Source: an uncultured Aminicenantes bacterium
Lineage (GTDB): Bacteria > Acidobacteriota > Aminicenantia > UBA2199
Reading direction: 5' to 3'
Assembly: GCA_965195285.1 (NCBI GenBank)
Contig: CBDAFS010000040.1
Span: 32,791-96,790, forward strand
Length of the DNA: 64,000 bases
Positions 38,627 to 49,771 of this stretch are shown here, in pieces; the stretch's first letter is position 1; each line of letters starts with the position of its first letter. The notes under the pieces are model-generated. The model was given only the letters and a program-made list of their open reading frames with translations. It was not told where the DNA came from and ran no database searches. The translations under genes were made by a program, and so were the position numbers.

Positions 38627-38781
38627 TTTGGATGTCTACAACAGGTCTATAATTCCCAGGGATCTTCCAAAACTTCTAATAATCCCTAGATGGTAATCTC
38701 TTCGTTGATATTAATAATTATTTTTAGTAAAATCATAATTTCATGTTCTTTGATGGCTGATGGGTTAAATCTAGATATGTA

Positions 38782-39777
38782 ATGATGATTAAGAAAAACC
38801 GGGTACTGGTAACGGGCGCAACAGGGTTTGTAGGAAGTAACCTTGTGAAGGAATTGGCAGAGAGAGGATGCAAGACAATCTGCCTTGTTCGTCCTGGGGA
38901 AAGTATCGATCTATTTGAGGATATAAAGTGTGAAATTGTTTTCGGAGATATTATTGAAAAAAAATCCCTGGTAGAAACCATACCAGATGTTGAATATATC
39001 TTTCACCTGGCAGCGGTGTTGGGTAGCCATGATTCCGACACCATGTTTAAGACAAATTTTGTGGGTACCAAAAACCTGGCAGAGGTCTGTCTGGAAAAAA
39101 AATTACCTATTAAGCGGTTTTTATTCGTATCAAGTACAGCTGCAGTGGGCCCTACGGATAAAAATGAGTTGTTGGATGAGACGGCACCATGCAACCCATT
39201 AACCGCGTACGGTAAGAGTAAATTATGCGCAGAAAATTATCTTGACTCCCTCTGTGACAGCTTGCCTGTTACCATCGTAAGATTGCCTTTGGTATATGGG
39301 CCCAGGAGTCAGGGGGGCATATACATCATGTTTAAATTAGCAAAAAAACGGATTCAAATTGATTTGGGCTATGGTGAAACCAATGTCTGTTTTGTAGATG
39401 ATGCTGTAAACGGAATGATTCGGGCAGCTGAAAATGAGAATGCGATTGGCAAAACCTATTTTCTCGGGGAAAATAACATTTATTCCATTCCTCAGATTTA
39501 CAAGATCGTTTCTAAAATTATGGGGAAACGGTCGATCAAAATCAAAGTTCCCTATTTTCTGAGCTATTCCCTTGCCTATCTGTTGGAACTATATGGAAAA
39601 TTTAAAAATACCGTTCCAATTTTCAGCAGGGATGAGCTGGCATCCTATTGTAAGCATCCTTACTGGCGCTTTAATACCCAGGAATCAGAAAAAGACTTTG
39701 GTTTTCAGGCCCGCTACCCGCTGGAAAAAGGTGTCCAGATTACTGCAGACTGGTATAAAAAAAATGGTTTTCTATAG
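38782..39777 (+). CDS. NAD-dependent epimerase/dehydratase (extended SDR)
   Basis: TGATGFVG, HLAA, YGKSK and VYGP motifs. Confidence 0.92.
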   Translation: MMIKKNRVLVTGATGFVGSNLVKELAERGCKTICLVRPGESIDLFEDIKCEIVFGDIIEKKSLVETIPDVEYIFHLAAVLGSHDSDTMFKTNFVGTKNLAEVCLEKKLPIKRFLFVSSTAAVGPTDKNELLDETAPCNPLTAYGKSKLCAENYLDSLCDSLPVTIVRLPLVYGPRSQGGIYIMFKLAKKRIQIDLGYGETNVCFVDDAVNGMIRAAENENAIGKTYFLGENNIYSIPQIYKIVSKIMGKRSIKIKVPYFLSYSLAYLLELYGKFKNTVPIFSRDELASYCKHPYWRFNTQESEKDFGFQARYPLEKGVQITADWYKKNGFL

Positions 39778-39834
39778 ATCTATGGATAGGCTGAAAAATA
39801 GAAAAAGAGTTGGGCTATTTTCCACAGGTTAAAG

Positions 39835-41547
39835 GTGGATAAAAGAATTCCTAAATTGTTCTTGGTTTTTGCCCTCTTTGCCGCTGCAGTGATCGGCAGC
39901 CCTCTGGATGAATCCATATTGAAAAAGAACCTTTTTATAGTGGATATTTTCATAAAAGATTTTCATTTAAGCCTGGATGCAATTCCGGAGGATCCTCATA
40001 ACATTAAAGATTCCTCAACATTGGTGCCATCTGATGGGTCATCGGAGAAATCCAGCAAACAGGCAATAAGGACCCAGAACCACCCAAAAAAGAATAAAAA
40101 AAGGTTCAGCCGGGCTCTTATTATCACCTCGACTTTTATCCTCCTGGATTCCATCCGTTATTGGATCGAGGCCGAATGGGTGGAGGATTGGCAGTACAAA
40201 CTGAGTTGGAAGGATCAAAAAATTCGGTTTTTTAGCCTCGAAGCCAATCGGTTCGATTCCAACCCCTATATCACCAACTGGAGTCATATTATCCCCGGTG
40301 GTTGTTACTATAGTTTTGCCCGATACTATCGATTAAACAGGCTGGAGTCTACACTTTTCAGTACCGGATGTTCCCTGTTTTGGGAGTATGTCACCGAATG
40401 GCGGGAAGTTATCTCCATAAACGATAACATTTTCAGCGGGATAGGCGGCCTAATATTGGGAGAACCACTTTTCCAAATTGCCAGTTACTACAACCATCGA
40501 CCTGGTTTTTTTAATAAAGTTCTCCAAACTATCTTTAATCCGATTATCACACTCAATAATCTATTGGGAGGCAAAAAAAAAGATCCCGGATATAAACCAT
40601 CGACTTCTTCAAAACCTTGTTCGAAATTGTATGTCGGGAACAAAGAGGTCACTTATGAAGGCATTGAAAATCCCGTATCCAGCCTTATCAATGTTGGATT
40701 TGAAACCCAATTCAATACCATTGTTGATTATGGCGCCTCCGGAAAAACCAGCGGATTTGTCAAAGATACGATGCTAAACCAAGTAATGTTTGATCTTTCC
40801 TTTGGGTCTGAAGGTGTTGAAGAGTATAGTATATATGTCGGATCTGTTTTATTCGGATATTTTGATCAAAAATTGAACCAGGAGTCTCCATTAAATAACA
40901 AGGGATACAGTCTCTTTTTAGGATTGGGAACTGGATTCGATTTTTTCAAGAAAAGAAGTACTGCTCCCTATGATAAAGGTGCGTTTCATTTTGATTTTAC
41001 TTCTGACGTAACCCTGGATCAACCCACCGAATTTACCGATAAATATGCGATACTAAATTTATTTGGACCTGTTTTTGATATTTGTGTTCAGGACTCATCA
41101 TTTAAATTTGCCTTTCGTGTGGGGGCCTACCTGGATTTTGCTCTGGTGAATGCCATTGCATTGAATGAATATACGGTGGATCATGACCTTTACGAACAGA
41201 GAATGAAGACAACTTTATCCTATTATGGTTATTATTATGCGTTGGGTTTCACCATTTCCAGTGGTATTGAGATGTCCTATAGAAATGTCGGTATCGAGGG
41301 AAAATTGGGGTACCATTATTTTGATTCCGTTGAAGGGCGTGACCGGTATCAGCATGATTTGGAAGATGATTGTACGGTAAGAGATTCCCGGTTTTTATAC
41401 CGGCTCAGTGTGGGTTATTCGTTTTCAAAGATACCGGTAAAACTCCAGTTATCGCTGGAAGGCATTGAAAGACGCGGGATCATAAAGGAGTTCACTCACT
41501 GTGAAAAGGAAACCCGATTGGTCAGCCAGATCATCTTTTCATTTTAA
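39835..41547 (+). CDS. DUF3943-like outer-membrane beta-barrel protein
   Basis: Signal peptide; FDSNPYITNWSH...YYSFAR...SLFWEYVTE...SINDNI; C-terminal Phe. Confidence 0.72.
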   Translation: MDKRIPKLFLVFALFAAAVIGSPLDESILKKNLFIVDIFIKDFHLSLDAIPEDPHNIKDSSTLVPSDGSSEKSSKQAIRTQNHPKKNKKRFSRALIITSTFILLDSIRYWIEAEWVEDWQYKLSWKDQKIRFFSLEANRFDSNPYITNWSHIIPGGCYYSFARYYRLNRLESTLFSTGCSLFWEYVTEWREVISINDNIFSGIGGLILGEPLFQIASYYNHRPGFFNKVLQTIFNPIITLNNLLGGKKKDPGYKPSTSSKPCSKLYVGNKEVTYEGIENPVSSLINVGFETQFNTIVDYGASGKTSGFVKDTMLNQVMFDLSFGSEGVEEYSIYVGSVLFGYFDQKLNQESPLNNKGYSLFLGLGTGFDFFKKRSTAPYDKGAFHFDFTSDVTLDQPTEFTDKYAILNLFGPVFDICVQDSSFKFAFRVGAYLDFALVNAIALNEYTVDHDLYEQRMKTTLSYYGYYYALGFTISSGIEMSYRNVGIEGKLGYHYFDSVEGRDRYQHDLEDDCTVRDSRFLYRLSVGYSFSKIPVKLQLSLEGIERRGIIKEFTHCEKETRLVSQIIFSF

Positions 41548-41629
41548 GCAGAGTAATCGGAATAAACGAGACCTACGCAAATACCACGGTGGGAAAAGAA
41601 GTAGAAGGTTTGATCATGTGTTCATTTGG

Positions 41630-42298
41630 CTATACTTCTTCACCATGGCGGACAATGTCGCCCTTCACCAGATAAATCACATCCTCGGCAATATTGGTGG
41701 CATGATCTGCAATTCGCTCCAGTCTTCTGGAAATATAAATATATTGAAGTAACACATAGATCTGTTCCGGATCTTCTTTAACCTTTTCCAAAACAGTTTT
41801 TTCAAACTGCTTATTCAATATGTCCACTTCATCATCCGCTATCAAAACTTCCGTTGCCAGCTCCGGATTGAGGTTCACAATCGAATCCAGGCTTTTTTTC
41901 AACATTAGAGATACTTTTTCAAAAATGAGATTTAATTCAAACCGATGGGGAGACTGCGGTTTACTCAGAATCCGCAGCACATGTTTGGCAATTGCCATTG
42001 CCAGGTCTCCGATTCGCTCCAGATCATTGTTTATCTTCAATGCAGCAACAATATACCTCAGATCAATGGCCACCGGTTGATGAAGAGCTAAAATCTTCAA
42101 ACACTCTTCTTCAATATCAATTTCCTCTCTATCAATCTCCTCATCGATTTCAATGACCCTGTTGGCCAGGGTTTCATCCTTCTCTTCCAGGGCATTTAAT
42201 GCCAGTTTAACATTCTCTTCTACTTTGGCACTCAGAGAAACCAACCGTTTGACTAAATTTTCAATGGCTTTCTGTAAATGTTTTGGCATCCTAATCAA
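41630..42298 (-). CDS. phoU: Phosphate signalling protein PhoU
   Basis: QPVAIDLR, DLERIGD and LERIADHATNIAE motifs. Confidence 0.97.
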   Translation of the reverse strand: MIRMPKHLQKAIENLVKRLVSLSAKVEENVKLALNALEEKDETLANRVIEIDEEIDREEIDIEEECLKILALHQPVAIDLRYIVAALKINNDLERIGDLAMAIAKHVLRILSKPQSPHRFELNLIFEKVSLMLKKSLDSIVNLNPELATEVLIADDEVDILNKQFEKTVLEKVKEDPEQIYVLLQYIYISRRLERIADHATNIAEDVIYLVKGDIVRHGEEV

Positions 42299-42304
42299 AC
42301 CTCC

Positions 42305-43126
42305 TTATCCGAATCGACCGGTAATATACGCTTCGGTCTTTCTTTCTTTAGGTGTGGTAAATAATTCCGCAGTGGGTGAAAATTCAATCAACACCCCTTC
42401 ATAAAAAAAAGCAGTATAGTCAGATACCCGGGCTGCCTGCTGCATGTTGTGGGTAACAATAATAATGGTATATCTTCCCCGCAACTCTCCGATCAATTCC
42501 TCGATACTGGAGGTGGCTCTGGGATCCAGTGCAGAGGTAGGCTCATCCATCAACAGGATTTCAGGTTCCACGGCCAGGGCCCTGGCAATACATAATCGTT
42601 GCTGCTGCCCCCCGGAAAGCCCCAGGGCATTATCATTCAACCGATCCTTGACTTCATCCCAGAGCACGGCTCTCTTCAGGCTGATCTCAACCAGACCGGA
42701 CAAGTTTTCTTTCTTTTTTAGACCATGCAATCGAGGCCCATAGGCAATATTGTCAAAAATGGATTTGGGAAATGGATTCGGTTTTTGAAAAACCATCCCA
42801 ATGCGTTTTCTAAGTTGAACCACATCCACATAAGTGCTATAAACATCCACATCGTCAAAAATCAAATTTCCTTTGGCATGACATCCGGGGATCAAATCAT
42901 TCATCCGGTTGATGGCCCTGAGGAACGTGCTCTTACCACAACCACTGGGTCCGATGATAGCCGTCACCTTTTTTTCGGGTATGACCAGGCTGGTTTTAAC
43001 GATGGCTTCATTTGTTCCGTAAAAAACCGAAAAATCCTTTGACTGCAAATGGGCTTTTTCCGAATATATGGAAAAAACCGGTTTTTGCTTTAATTCAGGT
43101 ATATCCAATTTTTTCTTGTTTCTCAT
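42305..43126 (-). CDS. pstB: Phosphate ABC transporter ATPase
   Basis: [26 protein letters not shown] and YITGRFG motifs. Confidence 0.97.
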   Translation of the reverse strand: MRNKKKLDIPELKQKPVFSIYSEKAHLQSKDFSVFYGTNEAIVKTSLVIPEKKVTAIIGPSGCGKSTFLRAINRMNDLIPGCHAKGNLIFDDVDVYSTYVDVVQLRKRIGMVFQKPNPFPKSIFDNIAYGPRLHGLKKKENLSGLVEISLKRAVLWDEVKDRLNDNALGLSGGQQQRLCIARALAVEPEILLMDEPTSALDPRATSSIEELIGELRGRYTIIIVTHNMQQAARVSDYTAFFYEGVLIEFSPTAELFTTPKERKTEAYITGRFG

Positions 43127-43128
43127 AC

Positions 43129-44475
43129 CTATCCTCTTAACTTCTTGGAGATTCTGGCTCTCATAATGATGGCAACCAGATTCAACAACAACACCAGTAA
43201 AACCAGCGTGAATACCATTCCAAATTGAACGTGGCGAATTTGATCGACGGCCTCATGCTCGGTGACCAGATTGTAAATGTTCCAGGGGAGTGCCGGGGTC
43301 GGTTGATTCAGGGTTTCAAGTAATTTCAGGGGTTTGCCCACGCTCACGGCTGCTGTAAAAATGATGGGTGCGGTTTCACCGGCAGCCCGTCCCATACTGA
43401 TAACAATTCCGGTCAATATCCCGGGAAGTGCGGCTGGCAGAATAACGGTAGCGACGGTTTTGAGTTTGCTGGCACCCAGACTGAAGGCCGCTTCTTTATA
43501 AGTTCTGGGAACCGCCTTGATAGCTTCCTCCGAAGCTCTGATTATTGTGGGTAAAACAAGCAATGCCAGAGTCAGTGAACCAGCGAGGACACTCTTACTA
43601 TCTGATATTTTCATGGTGTTGATAAAAAACGCCAGACCGAACAGTCCAAATACAATGCTGGGGACACCCGCCAGCGTGGAGATAAATATTCGTAATAAAC
43701 TGATTAACTTTCCTTCCCGGGCAAATTCGGTTAGGTAAACAGCAGCAATAACTCCCATGGGTATGGCAAAAATCATGGTCCCCAGGATCAAATAAAAAGT
43801 GCCTAATAATTCAACCCAGATTCCCCCAAAAAAATGGGAGTCAAAGGACTTATCAAATAAAAACTGCCAGTAAAAAGTGAATCGTGGCAACATCATCCGG
43901 TCCAGGTTGCACTCCAGATAAGGAAATAATTTCTCTACAGATGTGTTTTTGAATTGATTGATACGGGGTACCAGAACCTTTTTGCCCATGGCATCGGGAT
44001 CGGAATAATCCCAGGTTTCAATCATCATGATCTCATCAAGTTTCAATAAGACTTTATCCCAGCGGGTAATACCATACTGATCCCTCATCATGACCGGAGA
44101 TGATTCTCCGGGAAAGGGTCCCAGTAACTCTTTTAATAATTTTTTCAACTCATCCAGTTTTGGTTCATATTTATAACCATCCGGAATATCCTGATTTTCG
44201 ATCTGCTTCTCAAAATCAGCAATCAGGTCATAAACCACCTGTCGGCTGGATATTGAAATTTTTTTCTCATGATCAATTCTCTCTTTGCTTCCCCGGTTAA
44301 ACTGTTCGAAGTTCAAACATCGGAATTCAACGGTCCCTCTGAAGAAAAATGCTCCCAGACCTCTGGCAAAAATCGGAGCCAGCACAACAATCAGTGAGGC
44401 GAACAACAAAAAAATTGAAAAAAATCCCATTCCGCTGAAGGATTTATCCAGGAGCTTCCGCGTCTGTATTTTCAT
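43129..44475 (-). CDS. pstA: Phosphate ABC transporter permease PstA (long extracytoplasmic insert)
   Basis: [13 protein letters not shown] and GRAAGETAP motifs. Confidence 0.95.
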   Translation of the reverse strand: MKIQTRKLLDKSFSGMGFFSIFLLFASLIVVLAPIFARGLGAFFFRGTVEFRCLNFEQFNRGSKERIDHEKKISISSRQVVYDLIADFEKQIENQDIPDGYKYEPKLDELKKLLKELLGPFPGESSPVMMRDQYGITRWDKVLLKLDEIMMIETWDYSDPDAMGKKVLVPRINQFKNTSVEKLFPYLECNLDRMMLPRFTFYWQFLFDKSFDSHFFGGIWVELLGTFYLILGTMIFAIPMGVIAAVYLTEFAREGKLISLLRIFISTLAGVPSIVFGLFGLAFFINTMKISDSKSVLAGSLTLALLVLPTIIRASEEAIKAVPRTYKEAAFSLGASKLKTVATVILPAALPGILTGIVISMGRAAGETAPIIFTAAVSVGKPLKLLETLNQPTPALPWNIYNLVTEHEAVDQIRHVQFGMVFTLVLLVLLLNLVAIIMRARISKKLRG

Positions 44476-44478
44476 TTT

Positions 44479-45648
44479 TTACACACCCCACTTCTTTTTG
44501 GAACGCATGACAATCCATTCACTGACAAAATTGCTTATAAAAGAAATCAATAATAATAGCAACGCCATGGCAAACAACACATGATAGCGTGCGGAACCGG
44601 TCACATGATCCGCTTCCCCCATGTCCCCGGCAATGGTGGCAGTTAAGGTTCGTATGGGTTGCAGAATATTATACCAGGGTTTGGGTATCTGGGAGGCATT
44701 TCCCGAGGCCATCCATACCACCATGGTCTCTCCAATCGCCCGCATGACTCCCAGAATAATGGCGGCAACAATTCCTGATCGGGCAGCCGGAATCACTACT
44801 TTTAACATGGTCTCTGCCCGGGTAGCACCCACCGCATAACTCCCCTCTCTGAGTTCCCTGCCAACTGCCTGCAGGGAATCCTCTGACACACTGACAATGG
44901 TGGGCAAGGCCATGATGCTTAAAATAATGGATACATTCAGAGCATTGGTTCCGCTGTTAATGGTAATATGCGAAACCGTTTTGAATAATTCAAAAAGGCC
45001 GTATATTGAAAAACCACCCATAATAAAAGCCAATAAAAACCGATACAAATGCAATGATTCTCTAAAAATCATGGTGCCCAATCCGGATGTTTTTTCAGCT
45101 AAAATATCACTTAAAATATAAACAACCAGAAAAGAAATCGGTATACCTAACATCCACACCATGATCCCTAATAAATGCCCCCCGCTTTTCTGCAGCAGCG
45201 GTGCCAAAACCACCAGGGCAAAAAAACCATAGGCCACTGACGGAATCGCTGCAATGATTTCTATGATGGGTTTGACAACCTGCCGGACTGAGAAGGGAAG
45301 TATATCGCTGAGACTCACAGCTGAAAAAATAGCCAGGGGAACAGCAATCACTACTGCAAAAAAAGTAACCATCATACTGCCGAATATGATGGCCAGGGCA
45401 CCAAACTCCGGTGGAGAACCGGACGGATACCAGCGAATACTGGTAAAAAACTCTTTGATTCCCCTCAACTCAAAAAAGGGCAGGGCGTCACGGGCAATGT
45501 AGAGTATAATAAAAATAACAGCAATGGTTGATATAGACGTAACCAGGAATAAAAACCCTTCAATTGAAAAAGAAACCAGCCGCCTCAGGCGGCTGGTTCC
45601 TTTACTGATTAATATACCTGTTTTTGCTATTTCTTTCACAACATACAA
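44479..45648 (-). CDS. pstC: Phosphate ABC transporter permease PstC
   Basis: AAIPSVAYGF and RAIGETMVV motifs. Confidence 0.95.
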   Translation of the reverse strand: MYVVKEIAKTGILISKGTSRLRRLVSFSIEGFLFLVTSISTIAVIFIILYIARDALPFFELRGIKEFFTSIRWYPSGSPPEFGALAIIFGSMMVTFFAVVIAVPLAIFSAVSLSDILPFSVRQVVKPIIEIIAAIPSVAYGFFALVVLAPLLQKSGGHLLGIMVWMLGIPISFLVVYILSDILAEKTSGLGTMIFRESLHLYRFLLAFIMGGFSIYGLFELFKTVSHITINSGTNALNVSIILSIMALPTIVSVSEDSLQAVGRELREGSYAVGATRAETMLKVVIPAARSGIVAAIILGVMRAIGETMVVWMASGNASQIPKPWYNILQPIRTLTATIAGDMGEADHVTGSARYHVLFAMALLLLLISFISNFVSEWIVMRSKKKWGV

Positions 45649-46473
45649 TTAATAATTGGTGCAGGGAACAAAACCGATTCTCTTAACAATCTCCTGTCCC
45701 TTTTGAGTCAGATAAAGAGTAACAAATTGATATACAACACTCCCCATTTTTGGATAACCATTGGTAAACATAAACAGAGGACGGGCAATGGGATAGGTGC
45801 CGGAAGAAATAGTTTTATTGCCGGGATAAACCCCGTTTACTTTCAAACCCTTTACGGTCTTATCCAAAAAGCCCAGTCCCACATAACCAATCGCAGTTGG
45901 AGTACTCTGTACCCGGCCTCTCACGGCGCCATTACTGCCCACATATTCACAACCCTTAACAATCTTTGCCTTCTTCATGACCAGTTTTGCAAAGGTTTCA
46001 TAGGTACCGCTATTGGTATCACGGCTGATCATGACGATGTTTCTGTTGGGACCGCCTAACTGTTTCCAGTTGGTGATTTTTCCCATGTAGATATCCATGA
46101 TCTGATCTGTGGTAATTTCCTTTAAGGGATTACCGGGATGAACAATCATGGCAATACCATCCAGGGCAACCACATGGGCAACCGGGAAAATTCCCTTTTC
46201 AGCTGCAGCCTTAAATTCTTTGTCCTTCATGAAACGGGACATGTTGGCAATATCACAGGCGCCATTGATTAAACTTTTGGCACCATTACCACTACCGGAT
46301 TCACTAACTGTGATATTCACATCATTGTTCAGGTTCATGTAATACTCGGCAAAGGCCTTGGCAATTGGCCCGACAGTGGTTGAACCATCAATCACAATTT
46401 TTTTCTCGGCATTCAGGGGTGACACATTGAATGCCATAAAAGCAACCAAAAAAGTAACCAAAAAAATTTTCAT
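45649..46473 (-). CDS. pstS: Phosphate ABC transporter substrate-binding protein
   Basis: DGSTTV, GSGNG, SRDTNSGTYETF and YPIARPL motifs. Confidence 0.95.
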   Translation of the reverse strand: MKIFLVTFLVAFMAFNVSPLNAEKKIVIDGSTTVGPIAKAFAEYYMNLNNDVNITVSESGSGNGAKSLINGACDIANMSRFMKDKEFKAAAEKGIFPVAHVVALDGIAMIVHPGNPLKEITTDQIMDIYMGKITNWKQLGGPNRNIVMISRDTNSGTYETFAKLVMKKAKIVKGCEYVGSNGAVRGRVQSTPTAIGYVGLGFLDKTVKGLKVNGVYPGNKTISSGTYPIARPLFMFTNGYPKMGSVVYQFVTLYLTQKGQEIVKRIGFVPCTNY

Positions 46474-46512
46474 GACAACCTCCTTTTTTAATGGAGATAT
46501 GGTAAATGAAAT

Positions 46513-46552
46513 ATGTTAAGCTTATATAAAAGAAAAGTTAAGTTTTGATTAA
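46513..46552 (-). promoter_or_regulatory. Putative Pho box upstream of pstS
   Basis: TTAATCA, TTAACTT, TTTATAT and TTAACAT at 11-bp spacing. Confidence 0.7.
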
Positions 46553-46666
46553 TTTATATCAATTCATTTAAATTTTTCATCAGCTTGACAAAAATCACCG
46601 GCTCTGTTAATGATAACCATTGAAGGGCTTTATAAGGCAATTATGTTGAGCTCTCCGGAGGCTGCG

Positions 46667-48139
46667 ATGAAAAAGTTTTTTATTTATACCTCAATCATTT
46701 TTATGCTTTTGATTCCGGTTTTCTCCCAGCAACAACCGGTTTTTGAGGAATACTTTACCGACCATACCATGAGAATCGATTATTATCATACTGGAGATAG
46801 CACTCAGGAGTTCATCTCAATCGACAAAATACACAAGCAGGGAGCCTGGGCAGGGAATCCCAAGCAGTTGGTCAACACATTTAACAACGGACGTTATTTT
46901 ATTAAGGTTTATGATAAAAAATCAGGAACCCTTATATTTTCAAAAGGATTTGACAGCTATTTTGGTGAATACAAGACCACAGGACTGGCAATAAAGGGGA
47001 TAAAAAAAACCTTTCACGAAACCGCATTAATTCCATATCCCAAAAACAAAATCCGTTTCAGAATCGAGATAAGAGATCGTAAAAATCAGCTAGAATCTCT
47101 CTTTGAAAGGAAAATAAAGCCCGATTCCCTTGAAATTCACCGGGAAAGTTTAACAGGCGGGGTAAAAGTCTTTGAGATTCTGAAGAACGGCCCCCCGCAT
47201 CATAAGGTTGATCTGGCCATTATTGCCGAGGGATATACTCAAAAAGAAACAGATAAACTGAAAGCTGACCTGAACCGGGTTAAACGGATCTTCTTCCAGC
47301 AGGAGCCCTACAAACATTTTCAAGATCGATTCAATATTTATGGGGTATTCAAGCCCTCCCGGCAGAGCGGCTGCGATGAACCCAGAAGATTGATCTTTAA
47401 AAATACCAGTATTGGTTCATCCTTTAATTCACTGGGTTCGGAACGCTACCTGCTAACCGAAGACAACCGGGCATTGAGAGATATTGCTGCTCATGTACCC
47501 TACGATGCCTTAATCATCATGATAAACAGCAAAAGATACGGTGGGGGAGGGATATATAATTTTTATTGTACCTTTACGGTTGACAATCAATGGCACCCCT
47601 ATCTTTTACTCCACGAATTCGGACATTCATTCGCCGGATTGGCCGATGAATATTATTCATCTTCAACAGCCTATAATGACTTTTACCCCAAAGGGATTGA
47701 ACCGTTGGAACTCAATATAACCGCTTTGGTGAATATTGAAAATCTGAAATGGAAAAACCTGCTCAGTAAGAAAATTCAAATTCCAACTTCCTGGGAAAAA
47801 CAGGATTTCGACCGGATGCAAAGTGAATATCAAGCCAAACGAAAGAAAATCAACAACAAGATTGCCAAAATGTCACGCCGGGGTATTCCCAGTGCCGAAA
47901 TAAAAAAAATTCAAGAGGAATCGGAACGACTTTCAAAGGAAAATGCCCGAAGGGTTGATGGGTTTTTAAAACAGAGCCGATTCAATGGGAAAGTCGGTGC
48001 TTTTCAGGGAGCGGGTTATTCATCAGAGGGATTATACCGCCCCATGGTGGACTGCATCATGTTTACCAGGGGTAAAAAACCATATTGCCGGGTTTGCGAA
48101 TCAGCCATTGTGCAAATAATCAAGACCTATACTGAATAA
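46667..48139 (+). CDS. Peptidase M64 (IgA peptidase-like), secreted
   Basis: TMRIDYYHTG, YGGGGIYN, HEFGHSFAGLADEY and CIM...YCRVC motifs. Confidence 0.92.
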   Translation: MKKFFIYTSIIFMLLIPVFSQQQPVFEEYFTDHTMRIDYYHTGDSTQEFISIDKIHKQGAWAGNPKQLVNTFNNGRYFIKVYDKKSGTLIFSKGFDSYFGEYKTTGLAIKGIKKTFHETALIPYPKNKIRFRIEIRDRKNQLESLFERKIKPDSLEIHRESLTGGVKVFEILKNGPPHHKVDLAIIAEGYTQKETDKLKADLNRVKRIFFQQEPYKHFQDRFNIYGVFKPSRQSGCDEPRRLIFKNTSIGSSFNSLGSERYLLTEDNRALRDIAAHVPYDALIIMINSKRYGGGGIYNFYCTFTVDNQWHPYLLLHEFGHSFAGLADEYYSSSTAYNDFYPKGIEPLELNITALVNIENLKWKNLLSKKIQIPTSWEKQDFDRMQSEYQAKRKKINNKIAKMSRRGIPSAEIKKIQEESERLSKENARRVDGFLKQSRFNGKVGAFQGAGYSSEGLYRPMVDCIMFTRGKKPYCRVCESAIVQIIKTYTE

Positions 48140-48216
48140 ATCGGTAACAAATTCTACTTTTAGCAATTGAACATATATTCTGATTGGCTGAGAAATTGAA
48201 TAGGGAGGATAGATAA

Positions 48217-49263
48217 ATGCACTTTCTGGAATGGGGAATCTTCGCCGCTTTAATCATTGTCATTGTTTTAATCATCATATCATTGTTAAAAAAAAATATA
48301 TCCAGTACTTCGGAAAGTATTAACAAACTGCTGAAGGAACAATTCCTGGATTTCCAGACCCGAATCCATAATGAACTGAATTCCACCCGGCAGGAAGTCA
48401 GTTTATCAAAAGACATTATTTCCAAATACACAATCAAAACACTGGAAACCATAAAAGATATGGGAGAAACCATTAATAAAATCACCCAGCAGCAGGAGGA
48501 AGCCCAAAAATTCGGTCAGTCACTAAGAGACCTATTACAGGCTCCCAAATTGAGAGGAAATTACGGGGAAACCATTTTGGAAGAAATGCTGGAACGGGTA
48601 TTGCCCAAAGACATATGGGAATCTCAGTATACCATTGATGAGCAAAAACAGGTGGATGCCGTGGTTAAGATGAAGGGGATTGTAATTCCCATTGATGCCA
48701 AATTCTCCCGGGATAATTACCAGAGATACCTCGAATCATCCAGCCTGGAAGAAAAGGAAAAATACTGGAAGGCCCATGAAACGGATGTAAAAAGGCAAGT
48801 AAAGGAAATCAGCACTAAATACATCAAACCGGAAAAGGGAACCTCAGATTTTGCCCTGATGTTCATCCCCTCGGAGGCGATTTATTATGAAACCATTGCT
48901 GAAAAAAATTATCTGGGGAAACCATCTAAAATCTACGAATATTGTCAACAGAATAAAGTGATTCCGGTAAGCCCCAATACTTTTTATGCATTTCTTCAGG
49001 TCATTGTGATTGGCATTCGAAACCTGGAAATCATTAAAAGCGCCCGGCAATTACAGGAGGGTTTGTCAGCAATTGAAAAATCTTTTGATTTTTTCTTTAA
49101 ACAATACCTGAATATGGGAGACCATATTGAAAAAGCGGCAAAATCATTTGATCTGGGACGGGAACATATCACCCGTTATAAATCGCGTCTGGATAACACG
49201 TTAAGAATAGAGGGTCTGCAAAAACATGATCAATCGATTCCGGATAACACCCCGGACAAATAA
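48217..49263 (+). CDS. rmuC: DNA recombination protein RmuC
   Basis: N-terminal TM, RGNYGE, IPIDAKF, KYIKP and FALMFIPSEA motifs. Confidence 0.92.
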   Translation: MHFLEWGIFAALIIVIVLIIISLLKKNISSTSESINKLLKEQFLDFQTRIHNELNSTRQEVSLSKDIISKYTIKTLETIKDMGETINKITQQQEEAQKFGQSLRDLLQAPKLRGNYGETILEEMLERVLPKDIWESQYTIDEQKQVDAVVKMKGIVIPIDAKFSRDNYQRYLESSSLEEKEKYWKAHETDVKRQVKEISTKYIKPEKGTSDFALMFIPSEAIYYETIAEKNYLGKPSKIYEYCQQNKVIPVSPNTFYAFLQVIVIGIRNLEIIKSARQLQEGLSAIEKSFDFFFKQYLNMGDHIEKAAKSFDLGREHITRYKSRLDNTLRIEGLQKHDQSIPDNTPDK

Positions 49264-49278
49264 GCAACCGATGATTTG

Positions 49279-49315
49279 AAAAGCCCTGCCCCCTAAAGGG
49301 AGCAGGGCTTTTTTT
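49279..49315. terminator. Bidirectional terminator between convergent genes
   Basis: AAAAGCCCTGC-CCCCTAAAGGGA-GCAGGGCTTTTTTT. Confidence 0.88.
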
Positions 49316-49701
49316 TACTCAAACCAGATCTTAACCGTTTCATCCCCTTCATTAATTTCAATCAAACAATGAGGACCCATTTTTTTCAATTCCTTCAAAA
49401 TGGTCTTCAAATCAATCCGGCAACGGTTCCTGATTTTAAACGAATCATCCGAACACTCTGAAATCATTTCAACCAGAGTTATGGGAAGGGTAATCCGAAC
49501 TTTTACCTTTTGGTTGAAATTATCCTTCACCAAGATTTTAAAATAGGTCACATCTTTACTGATTTTTTTACTTTTTACCGCTTTTTTGATAACCTTATAA
49601 TCATCTGCGGAATTCCCATTCAAATCAGCTCCTATAAACATCAACAAGAAAACCATAGCGAAGAGAATCATTACTTGCTTTTTCATTTTAGCCTCCTTCA
49701 A
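49315..49701 (-). CDS. Secreted hypothetical protein (domain shared with the upstream TPR protein)
   Basis: Signal peptide; KVKVRITLP...IDLKTILKEL...VKIWFE. Confidence 0.8.
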   Translation of the reverse strand: MKEAKMKKQVMILFAMVFLLMFIGADLNGNSADDYKVIKKAVKSKKISKDVTYFKILVKDNFNQKVKVRITLPITLVEMISECSDDSFKIRNRCRIDLKTILKELKKMGPHCLIEINEGDETVKIWFE

Positions 49702-49771
49702 TCTAATTTAATTTTGCATGCATGCATTTTCCTGACCTATAGCAAATAAAAACAATTGACTTTCATGACAT

